Below are positions 20,416 through 30,600 of a stretch of DNA of 64,000 nucleotides, in pieces (position 1 is the stretch's first letter; each line of letters starts with the position of its first letter). The stretch comes from Naegleria gruberi (lineage: Eukaryota). Made by a program: the position numbers and the translations under genes. The notes beneath the pieces are model-generated. The model did not search any database, was not told the DNA's origin, and worked only from the letters and a program-made list of their open reading frames with translations. Where the stretch lies: the NCBI GenBank assembly GCA_000004985.1, contig GG738888.1, one strand, 5' to 3'.

Positions 20416-21271
20416 CTACAAGATGATACACTTTTTCTTCTTAGGTTTTGGCTTTGGAGTTGTGGAAGCTTTGGTTTCTTGTTGATCTCCAGTTGGTTGG
20501 TTAGCTTGTTGAGCTTCAACGTGATGATCTTCCTCTTCAACTCCTTCAACTGTGTTGATCATACGAACCAATTCTTCGAAAACGTTATCCACATTTTCTC
20601 TTGTTTTAGCTGATGTTTCAATACATTTACAGAAATCTCCAAACTTCTTAGCTTGTTCTTCACCTTCTTCCTTTGAAACTGCTCTTTCTTCTTCCAAATC
20701 GAGCTTGTTACCAACAAGGATGATTGGTACCTTTTCCCCTTCTTCGGCAGCCTTTGCTTTAAGGATTTCCTCATAATACTTTGGAGTATCTTCGAATGTT
20801 TGAACATCTGTAATACTGTACACAATCACAAAGCCTTGATTTTAGAAACAATAAGTAATTATTTATCTTATTAAGAACCTACCATGTCCCTTTCCCATAT
20901 ATTCACCAGCAAGTGAGTGATATCTAGTTTAACACATCAATAAATATTTAAATTATCATCATCACAACTTACTCTTCCTAATTATAAATAATCATTAGAA
21001 TTAAATTTTAATTTAAATAACTTACTTGTCCTGCAGTATCCAAAATATCTAGCATAACAGCTGAACCATCAACTTCAACTTGTTTTCGGTAAGAGTCCTC
21101 TATGGTTGGATCATATCTTTCGACAAAGGTTTGTTGAATATATTGGATAGTGAGACTTTATTAAGGAAATTAAAACAGTGTTTGTTGACCTTATAGTTTT
21201 AAAGTTTGAATTACTTACGCGCTTTTACCAACACCTCCTGAACCTACGACAATTATTTTATATTCAGCCAT
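20416..21271 (-). CDS. Ras-family small GTPase (Rap/Ras-like), CAAX box CIIL
   Basis: At least 4 exons on the minus strand. Exon 1 is ~21271-21219 ([18 protein letters not shown]-loop). Exon 2 is ~21155-21026 (...[44 protein letters not shown]). Exon 3 is ~20930-20884 (..[14 protein letters not shown]). The last exon ends at 20416 (FVIVYSITD...ILVGNKLDL...ETSAK...polybasic-CIIL). The exon 2/3 junction phase could not be resolved cleanly. Confidence 0.8.
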
Positions 21272-21880
21272 GGATCTTAATTCTTGTTAATTTTTTTTAA
21301 AATAAGAGAAGCACTTAGTGCTGCTTGGGGCTGAGTTTATTGTCCGTTTACAAAGCAGATTGTATTGACATTTGTACTGTGATGGAAGTACTTCCTCAGA
21401 AGATCGCACCATGTTCGTTTTCTTATTGCGTATAATCACCTATTGAGGTTGAGGATGTGAAGAAAATTGATGAATGGAAGATTAACCTTCCTATGAAATA
21501 AGTTAGATCCATATAATATCTGAAATATAGTGATTGTTGTATTCAAAGTTGTTTTTCTAGGATCTTAATAAAGAATCTTATTGATCTTTTAAGGCATCCA
21601 TAATATTATTGATTCTTCATCATCTTGGTTTCTATTTAATAGTTAACTTTAAATCTATCAATTCACGCATTGCCAATCAAACACTCTGCACCTCAGCGAT
21701 ATTCCAAGTTGGTCTATGAAGATCACAATTTTTCTCGAAACAGCAGTTGCAACTCCCTTAAGCTGAATGTTTTAGAGCTGAAACAAAGTCGGTTAAAAAC
21801 TTTTAAAAGTTCCATTATAAAATTATTATTATTTCATAACGTTTCCAGTAGATGTTTAGGCGGCAACCAAACAGAATAAA

Positions 21881-23389
21881 ATGAAAACACGGGGCATTCG
21901 GGAAAGTAACTGCTGTGGGTCTTGCCCGTTACTGACCATCAAAACAAATTCTTCATTTTCATCATCATCGAGGAGTAATCATCACGATTATTCATCAAGC
22001 AATGCTATTAGCCATCAAAACAATGTAGTAAATACTCTAGGAAGCAAAAATCAACAAGTAACTTATCTAGGCAGCAAGAGAAACAGCTTTATTTATTCCC
22101 TAATGTTTATAATATTATTCTGCTTTATGATACACCACGTATCATGTCAGTTTTACGATCCACCCACAAATTTACAATACTTTACTTCATCAAAGAACTC
22201 TAGGCGTTGGATAATTGCTGGCAATTTCACTTCGATATATGTAAATAATAAGACTGCAACCTACACAAATCTAAATAACATTGCTGTTTGGAATGGAAAT
22301 TCATGGAAAGGACTAGGAACAGGAACTAATGGCTTGGTAAGAACCCAATTCATTGATACCTGTTATAATTTATATATTGGTGGCGATTTTAGTAGGGCAG
22401 GAAATATATCAACTGGACCACTCGCAAGATGGTCAATACCTAAACAACGATGGGAGTCAATAACGGATAATGTAGTCTGGGGTAAGGATAGTAAGGTTAA
22501 TTCCATCTCTGTGGATTGCTACAATACACCCTCAGAAGCATCAAGATGTAACTGTAATGTGTGGGTTGGCGGTTCTTTCGAACTTACAATTACCAACTCG
22601 ACGCATAAGGCAACTAATTTAGCAATGTATGAGGCCCGTACCAACACTTGGTATTCCCTTAAAGATACAAACGGACACAACTTGACCCTCTCAAATAGTG
22701 TAAGGACTGTTTTCAAGAGAGACTTTGGTCAGACTTTTAACTCTAGAAAGACATTTGTTGGTGGTGAGTTTCCATACATTCTCACATGGGATCCATACTA
22801 CAAGATTTGGGACAAGATTGATTTGGGTAATTCTAGTCAATCTGTTGTGAATCACATTCATTTCCATAAGGGTATTTTGAATACTGATTTCTTTGATTAT
22901 TGGAACTATGTAGTTGCTGGAGAGTTTGACTTTTCTGTGAACTATACAAGTACAGCTTCTAACAAAACTGTGAGCTGTCGTAATTTATGTTTTCTTGATT
23001 TTAGACATGGTGTGTGGTCTTCAGTCCTGTCAGACCCAATTCTTGAAGGATATGTTGCACACGTCTCAACCAGTGATGGAAATTTATGTGCAGTTGGTAA
23101 CTTTTCCACGGATGCAATCACAAACTTGGTTTCAATAACTTCAGATGGAATTGATTACACCCTATTTAACAATACAATGTCAGGGGAACCGTTTAAAAAC
23201 ATATACTTATGCAAAGAGACAGATCTTGAATGTGCAACAAAGAGTGCTGGCTTATCTGATTCTAATGGTGTTGTTTGGTTTTTTGATTCAGAAACGAGTA
23301 CCTTTACTGAATTTGGAAGAGTCAATGATGGTGGTGTTGTGGAATCGATCAATTCGATTTTTTTATATGGAATTGCTGATAAAATGTAG
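21881..23389 (+). CDS. Membrane/secreted beta-propeller-like glycoprotein (kelch/galactose-oxidase-like G-G-x-F repeats)
   Basis: 502 aa with an N-terminal hydrophobic anchor (FIYSLMFIILFCFMIHHV). It has repeated ...W.G..W..LG.G.NG.V..., ...IGGDF..., WVGGSF, VAGEF and AVGNF motifs, many N-glycosylation sequons, and Cys pairs. Confidence 0.4.
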   Translation: MKTRGIRESNCCGSCPLLTIKTNSSFSSSSRSNHHDYSSSNAISHQNNVVNTLGSKNQQVTYLGSKRNSFIYSLMFIILFCFMIHHVSCQFYDPPTNLQYFTSSKNSRRWIIAGNFTSIYVNNKTATYTNLNNIAVWNGNSWKGLGTGTNGLVRTQFIDTCYNLYIGGDFSRAGNISTGPLARWSIPKQRWESITDNVVWGKDSKVNSISVDCYNTPSEASRCNCNVWVGGSFELTITNSTHKATNLAMYEARTNTWYSLKDTNGHNLTLSNSVRTVFKRDFGQTFNSRKTFVGGEFPYILTWDPYYKIWDKIDLGNSSQSVVNHIHFHKGILNTDFFDYWNYVVAGEFDFSVNYTSTASNKTVSCRNLCFLDFRHGVWSSVLSDPILEGYVAHVSTSDGNLCAVGNFSTDAITNLVSITSDGIDYTLFNNTMSGEPFKNIYLCKETDLECATKSAGLSDSNGVVWFFDSETSTFTEFGRVNDGGVVESINSIFLYGIADKM

Positions 23390-23432
23390 TAAAGCTTCTT
23401 TAACCAGTCAGCTTTAATGAAATATCTAGGGT

Positions 23433-24200
23433 TTATTTAGTTTTTGTCATTGTTAATCTTTCAAGTTCTTGAGAATATTGTTGGTTTTGCTTCTTTAAGA
23501 AGGCAATTTCTTCTTCGAATTTCTTCTTTTCCTGTTTGCTCTTTTCTCTTTCTCTCTTTTCTGTTGCTTCACATTTGGCCTGCCATTCCTTAACTTGTTT
23601 ATCCAATTCAGCCTTTTCCTTTTCTAATTGCATAATCTTCAATTCCATTTCAGTTTTTCCGTCTTCGGCGTGAAGTGATTTTCTCATACCAAAAGCCACA
23701 CTACTTTCATACAATTGCTTATATGCTTTGATTGTCATTTTGATTTCATTCCTTACTCGCAGCATCAATAAACCTCTTTGTTGGCAATTTACAGTAACTT
23801 GTCTGATGAGTTCATCAAAGCATTGAGAATATAATTCTTCTCTCACTGGACAAATACCAGTTTCCTTAGCTTTTCTTTTCAAAAGATTTGAATCTAATTG
23901 TTCCTCAAGATTTGTAACATCCAACCTGGTGGCAGGCGTGGATGATACATATTGTATCCATTGTTGACTATTTTCGGAGAAGACTACTGGTGGGAGTATT
24001 GAATTTAAAATATCTTCTGTTTGTGTTAGTCTTTCAGATCCTGTTGTTTGAAGAGGTGGTAAGGCTTGTTTATTCTTTCCTGAAACTCCCATCAAAGCCT
24101 TATTTCCCTTCTTCTTTATTGCCTCCGACAGAAGAATTGGTGTATCATATTTTACAAGTGTATTGGCAGGTGATATATTTTCTTGCTCTTGTTGCATCAT
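23433..24200 (-). CDS. Axonemal inner-arm dynein light chain p28 / DNALI1-like coiled-coil protein
   Basis: 255-aa single exon. ...LVKYDTPILLSEAIKKKG..., ...NSILPPVVFSENSQQWIQYVSSTPATRLDVTNLEEQLD..., ...KETGICPVREELYSQCFDELIRQVTVNCQQRGLLMLRVRNEI...YKQLYESSVAFGMRK... and the C-terminal ...CEATEKRE... coiled coil track the conserved blocks of the p28/DNALI1 family. The comparison is from memory and needs database confirmation. Confidence 0.55.
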   Translation of the reverse strand: MMQQEQENISPANTLVKYDTPILLSEAIKKKGNKALMGVSGKNKQALPPLQTTGSERLTQTEDILNSILPPVVFSENSQQWIQYVSSTPATRLDVTNLEEQLDSNLLKRKAKETGICPVREELYSQCFDELIRQVTVNCQQRGLLMLRVRNEIKMTIKAYKQLYESSVAFGMRKSLHAEDGKTEMELKIMQLEKEKAELDKQVKEWQAKCEATEKREREKSKQEKKKFEEEIAFLKKQNQQYSQELERLTMTKTK

Positions 24201-24591
24201 TTTTTATAGTTTTTATTTGTACAACTCTTCAGCATACAACAGTAGATTTTTGCTTGGCGCCAAAATTTCAAAATGTAATTTTTCAACGTCCAAGTTCGCA
24301 CTTGTTGCTACTCAGCTTGCTCAATATTAAATATATTAAAAGCAAAATTACCCTCACAGAATTATTTCTTGTCCTTATTAAATTCAATAATAATAATATT
24401 AAATAAATAATTTAACAAGAAGTTTTTCAGATTAGATGCGAAAGTCTGTATTCCTCACTTATTCTTCAGAGTGTACAAAGGTTAAATATAATGTCATCAC
24501 TATCTCTTCATGAGAGAAATCCTCACTCAAAAAGCAAGCAAACAAGCAAAATAATTCATCACTATGGTTTTGCATTAAATTTTAAAAAAAA

Positions 24592-26339
24592 ATGGAAAAT
24601 GTCAACACTAGGTTCAAAAAGATTTTGCTGAAGGCCTTCTCACTTGCAGAGAATTGGCAACAATTGCACAAGGAGAATTGTGAATGTTTTATTGCAATGA
24701 TTAGAGATTTATCGAGTTGGACTTTAATGTCGGGAATGAGTGGAGAAACACAACAAGCCTCGGAAATGGATTCATCAAAATTTGGTATTTTTCAATATTT
24801 TCCCAAGACAACAACACTCATACAGGGAACATATGTTAAAAAGCTGGAGGAGAGTTATAGTAGTATTTATAATAGCTTGTAGGTTTTGATATTTAAATAT
24901 TATTGGAATTAAATGTTGTGGAAAGAACAAAATTCGAAAATATTTGTCACCAATTAGATGTTATTCAACAGGAGGCTGATTCTTTCTATCATCAGTCCCA
25001 ATCGGAATTATTAACATCCATGGAAAGAAAAAGAAATGACAATTCACAATATAATTTTGCCATTGTTGAGGAATATGTGGCAGGAGTTCGAGAAATATAT
25101 ATAATGTTTAAAAAAGAATTATTGAGATATCAAGATTTATTTAAGAACAAATTGAATTATATTGGTCAATCACATGAGGAAATTCAGGACTTGTACAGAC
25201 AATACTCGACACACAAATTTATTAACATTAATAGAGGTAAGTCAACAAATTTAAAATTGTAAATTAATATTTCAATAGTTGTTCAAATTTTGGAAACTTC
25301 AGAACGAGAAACGCACCTCGACAAGGTTGACAAACACAGGTAGAACTCATACTTCCTCAATAAATGATTCATCTATTGATGATAATGATGATGTCATATC
25401 TTGTTGTAAAATTAAATCAAAAAAATGTACAAAAACGACTTTATTGGAGAGGCAACAAGAATGTTGTTCGGCAAGAGATCGAGTGTATCGAGCACACATT
25501 CGGAACAATCCCAACCATCACAACAACAACAACACGATATTAAACAAGCAATGAATGTTGTTGAACAAATAACTAATTTAATGTATACTATTGATCAGGC
25601 TGTTCAACGTATTCAATTATCAATTTCTATCATTCCTTCGATAGATGCCTTGAAGGGTGATATTGCAGAGGGATTATCAGAATCGGAGAAGAAAATTGGA
25701 GAGTTGGAAAGATATTGTGAGGAGAGAATTAAACAACCAACTGGTACTGATGCTGATGAAATTGGATTAGGAAGAATATTGGAAAAAACAACAAACTTGA
25801 AGAAACAATTATCTAGTTTGCAAGTGAAATTTAGAAAGGCTGTACAAATATATAGTAATAAGGAAAATGAATCGAAATTAAAGAGAGAAAAATTGGTAGG
25901 ATTTGAAAATGTTCAAATATCAAGAAAGTCATCACAAAATATTAAACAACAATCGAGACAATCTAGAAAAGTAACAGATTCACTCAAAAGAACAAAAGCC
26001 ATTGTTTCATCAAATTTAGAACGAACTTCATACTCTATGGAAAAATTATCGGAACAAGCATCAATTTTTGAGAGAGCTATCAATACTCAAGAAGGATATC
26101 AAGACAAAGTGAAACAATCAACCATGCTTATCAAGGATTTGAAATGGAAGGAAAGAAGAGATCACTTTATCACTATTGGATGCTTTTTATTCTACTTATT
26201 GGTTGTATTGATAGTATTTAATCATAGAATTCCAGTCTTTACACTGACCTATTATTTTGGAAATTTAATATTTGGAATATTTGGAGGTAGTACAGCTGCA
26301 ACTGACTCAATTATTACAAACGAACCAACGATAAATTAA
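24592..26339 (+). CDS. Tail-anchored coiled-coil protein with C-terminal SNARE-like heptads (Sec20/BNIP1- or Use1-like?), multi-exon
   Basis: It is assembled from track ORFs 24592..24882, 24903..25262 and 25425..26339. A GTAAGT...AG intron lies near 25237-25278. The frames between the pieces do not fully reconcile. The C-terminus has a heptad region ...VTDSLKRTKAIVSSNLERTSYSMEKLSEQASIFERAINTQEGYQDKVKQSTMLIKDLKWKERRD followed by a single TM (ITIGCFLFYLLVVLIVF). Confidence 0.35.
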
Positions 26340-26340
26340 T

Positions 26341-27663
26341 TTATTTCTTCTTCTTAGTTTGAGGAGCAACAGTTTCCTTCTTTTCGAACAAACGTTCAAA
26401 TTGTTGAATTTTCTCTTGTTTTGCCAAAATTTCAAAGAACGAGTCCAGTATTTCACCATCCATCATCTTATCCAAACCAAATTGTGAAAATGAAATTCTG
26501 TGGTCAGTAATTCTATCTTGAGGGAAGTTATAAGTTCTAATCTTGTCTGATCTATCACCTGAACCAATCTGTTCTTTTCTTTCAGATGACATTTTCTGAA
26601 TTTTCTCGTCTTGTTGCTTTTGATAGAGTCTCGAATGCAAAATCTTGAAAGCTTTTTCCTTATTTCTATGTTGTGACCTTTCATCAGCAATACAAACAAC
26701 AGTACCAGTTGGAATGTGGGTTAATCTGACAGCAGAGTCAGTTGTGTTAACATGCTGACCACCAGCACCTGATGCTCTCATAGTATCAATTCTGACATCT
26801 GCAAGATTAATCTTGACATCTGCTTCTGTAACTTCTGGTAAAACCACAATAGATGCTGATGAAGTGTGGACTCTACCTTGTGATTCTGTTGCAGGTACTC
26901 TTTGAACTCGGTGAACTCCACTTTCAAATTTCATACATCCATAAACTCCCAATCCTTCATCGTCTCCATACGATGATCCAGAAATGAGTGCAATTCCTTC
27001 CTTACATCCTTCACCTCCATTATTTGCACTCAAACTCAAAACTTCAAATTTCCAACCTCTTTTAGTTGCATAAAATTCATACATTTTAAATAATTCCATA
27101 GCAAAAAGAGAAGCTTCATCACCTCCTGTTCCAGGTCTAATTTCAATAATAGCATTTGAATTTGGTGAAATTTGATGGTCTTCTGTATCAGATACTGGAG
27201 CATTCAAAAGAACACTAATTAATCTTTCTTGAGTTTTCGAATATTCAATTTCAGTTTCAGAATATTCTTCCTTAGCTAATTGCTTTAATTCTGGATCCTT
27301 TTCCGTATTCATCATTTCTTTGAGTTGTGTAAGTTGAGTTTTTAAATTTTCATACTTGTCTTTTAATTCAACAACATTGTTCAACCATTTTAATTCAACA
27401 AATTGTGATTGTTTTGTTGCTTGACCTGAATAGACAGATTGCGATAATACTTGATGTTTTTCTTGTGCTTTGGCAAGAAATTGAGCAACTTGTTCATTGA
27501 CTGCGAAAGTATACTTTCCGATGGACTCATCATTATCTTCCGAATTGTATTTTATACGTGTAGTGTGAAATCCAACACTTTTAGAGAATGCTGATGATGA
27601 TTTTAATATTCTACTATTGTGTGAATAAAATTGTAATGCTGTCTTTTGAAGGTTTCGTAACAT
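26341..27663 (-). CDS. Mitochondrial peptide chain release factor 1 (class I RF, GGQ)
   Basis: 440-aa single exon with a presequence-like N-terminus. The RF-1 domains are present, including ...RASGAGGQHVNTTDSAVRLTHIPTGTVVCIADERSQHRNKEKA... Confidence 0.85.
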   Translation of the reverse strand: MLRNLQKTALQFYSHNSRILKSSSAFSKSVGFHTTRIKYNSEDNDESIGKYTFAVNEQVAQFLAKAQEKHQVLSQSVYSGQATKQSQFVELKWLNNVVELKDKYENLKTQLTQLKEMMNTEKDPELKQLAKEEYSETEIEYSKTQERLISVLLNAPVSDTEDHQISPNSNAIIEIRPGTGGDEASLFAMELFKMYEFYATKRGWKFEVLSLSANNGGEGCKEGIALISGSSYGDDEGLGVYGCMKFESGVHRVQRVPATESQGRVHTSSASIVVLPEVTEADVKINLADVRIDTMRASGAGGQHVNTTDSAVRLTHIPTGTVVCIADERSQHRNKEKAFKILHSRLYQKQQDEKIQKMSSERKEQIGSGDRSDKIRTYNFPQDRITDHRISFSQFGLDKMMDGEILDSFFEILAKQEKIQQFERLFEKKETVAPQTKKKK

Positions 27664-27696
27664 TTTTTTACATAATATTTATTTTTATTTTTTCAT

Positions 27697-30600
27697 TTAA
27701 TAATTTGAATACTTGCTCTTTGAGCGAGAGGATGAACCCAAATCTTCATAAGGATCATAATCAAACTCAGTCGATCTGTTTAAAATTTCTTCAACAGTCA
27801 TTCTCTTATTTGGTCTACCAGGACTAGTAATCTTTCTTGCTGGACTGCTTGTACTCATACTCAAACTGTTTTGGAGTTCGGCAAGGTGAGCTCTGGCATT
27901 CTTAAGTTCCTTATCTAATTCTTGGACTTCTCTGCTAGTCTTGGCATTTGATTCGTTCAAAGTCTTCATAATCTTATGACTGGCTGACAAATCTCTTTCA
28001 ACCTTTTTCTTGACAGATCCAAAAGCGGATGTTGGAGTTTTAGAAATTGAGGAATAAGCTGATGGAGTTGCCTTTGGAGTTTGTTCTTCTTTTTGAAGAG
28101 TAGTATTCAATGTTGGTTTGCTAGCAAATCCTGATGTATACTTAGAGGTGGTGTTGGTAGAAGAAATACTAGTATTAGTAAGAGAGTCAGAGTCACTGAA
28201 AATAGAAGCATCCTTTGGCTTCTTGAAAAGCTTTTGTCTGAGGTCTGAAACCATATTTTCATACTTGCTCTTTTCTCTTTCTAATTCTGAAAGCATTTCA
28301 CTGGTCTTCTTAGATGTATTGAAAAGCTTGCTACACTCGTCTCTCTTCAATTCAAGTTCTCTTGAGGCAGAATCTAACTTTTGAGTCTTTTCAGAGAGTT
28401 GATCTTGGAGTTCTTGAAGGTCGGATCTATATTGGTTAAGTTGGCTTAATTGAGATTCAAATTCTTGCTTGAATTGTTCCTTTTCGAATTGAACAGTAGT
28501 ATAGTTTGATCTGAGTTTTTCAACTTCCTTCTTCAACATGTCGAACTTTTCAGGTTCAATAAGATTGAGATTTTCTTCCTCTAGATCATTGATTCTATTT
28601 TCCATGAAAGATACCAATTCAGATTTCTTCTTGATGATTTCTTCCATTTCTTCAGCTCTCTTGGAAACTCTTTCAACTTCTTCTGTCAATTGGACACACT
28701 TCTTTTGCAAACTGCCCTTTTCAGACTTCAATTCTCTCAAAGACTTGACAACACCAACAGTTGTTTGTTGAACAACACTAAGACCTCTCTTTTGAGGGCT
28801 TGAATGTACAATGGTCTTTAGTTGCTTCTTGATTGGAGTACTGAAAGAATCATTTCCGTTATATTTGTATCCAGTAATGAGTTGTCTGTTAATGGTGGCT
28901 TGGAGTCCGTCGTGGAGACTTCTCATCAATGACAGATCTTCTCTTGGTTCGTCAAATTCATTATCAAGTTGACCAACAAGTTGGAGGTAAGCATGAATGG
29001 ATCCCTTGTATTCGTCCATTGGAATTTGCAATTCTCTATTATCATTGATAGCTTCAGGGGCCAACAAACCTAATCTGTCCCCACCAACAGTGTAATAGAG
29101 AGTTGATCCTTCCTTTTCTTCTCTCTTTTGAAGAAGAAGCTTGTTGAATCTGTTACCAATAATTACAGCCAAAACAGCAGCTCTGAAAGATGTCTTTGGT
29201 TTTTCAGAAGAGTATTCTCTTGGGAATTCAAATTCAGAAACAACTTCAAATTCAGTTGAAAGTGACTTGACAGTTTCATAAACACCTTTGAGGAGTCTTT
29301 CATATTGTCTAAGTTGAGATTTGAGAACAACCTTGTGCATCTTGAGGTCATCAATTCTATCCTTCATTGGTCTGATACCTCTGGCCAACAACTTCAATCC
29401 ATTATGAAGCTTGTTTTGATCAATTTGAGAGTCTCTAAGCTCAGTCTTCAAAACTTCAACAATCATAGTAGATTTCTTCAACTTTCCAGTAGTATCTGAC
29501 AATTGTTCTTGAGTTTCACGAAGAGCTTCTTCTAGTTCTTTAACCTTTTCAGTGTAATCAATTTCGAGCATTTCAATTTGATGTTCAAATTTGCTTCTTT
29601 GCTCATCAATTTCACCTTGATAGTTCTTTTCTAATTCGCTTCTTTCGGATTCATACTTTTCCATATTGGCCTTCATTGTCTTGTTTGCTTCTTCAAGTCT
29701 GGCATTAAGATCGGCAATTTTTTCCTTTTGAGCAGCAGCTTCCTTCTTCAATGATTCTCTTTCAACAAGGTGAGCAGTAACTTGTTCAGAGAATAAAGAT
29801 TGGAATGTTTCCCAGCTGATAGGTTCGTCACTATCAGAGCCTTGTGGTCTTCCTCTGAGTGGTGATCCGTTTCTTCTATCATTTGTTGGTGTATCCTTCA
29901 ACATCTTGTACAAAGAATAGACATATCTCAATCTGTTCTTTTCTTCTTCTTGGTGAGAGTCAAGGAGTTCTTCCAATTCATTAACAGAATCTTCGAGTTC
30001 TTGCTTTTGTTCCTTAAGAGCTCTGTTGACCTTTTCACCATCAGATAATTGCTTCTTAAGATTGATCAATTCCTTGTAAGTATCAGAGTGATCATGATTC
30101 AAGTTTTGGAAGTTGCTTGACAAACCATCGAGTTCATCTTGCAAAATCTTACACTTGTCTCTACTTACAATGAGATCATCAAGAGCGTCGAGAACCTTAG
30201 ATTTAAGAGCCTTATAATTTGGTTTGACAGCTTCAAGAGCCTTCTTGTTGAGTTGAGAATCATCTTCATTTCTAGAATATTCGTGACCTTCCAAGACATG
30301 TTCAACAGTCTTCATCATTGCATAGAAATCAGAAGCCAATGATCCATGAGCAGAACCGACTTCGCTTTCCTTAAGATCTCTTTGAGAAACAGCCGAATTG
30401 TATTGTTCAGTGATTCTTTCAGATGTATCCTTATAGTGGGAAAGTTCTCTTTGGAGGAAATCATTTTCTGCCTTAACTTTTGAAAGTTCATCAAGTCTAT
30501 CCTTCAATTGATCATTTTCATCCTTCAAATCAGCAATATAAGCTTCCAAGTTGTCATTGATTTCGTTCATCTTTCTCAACTCTTCAGTAACCAATTGCTT

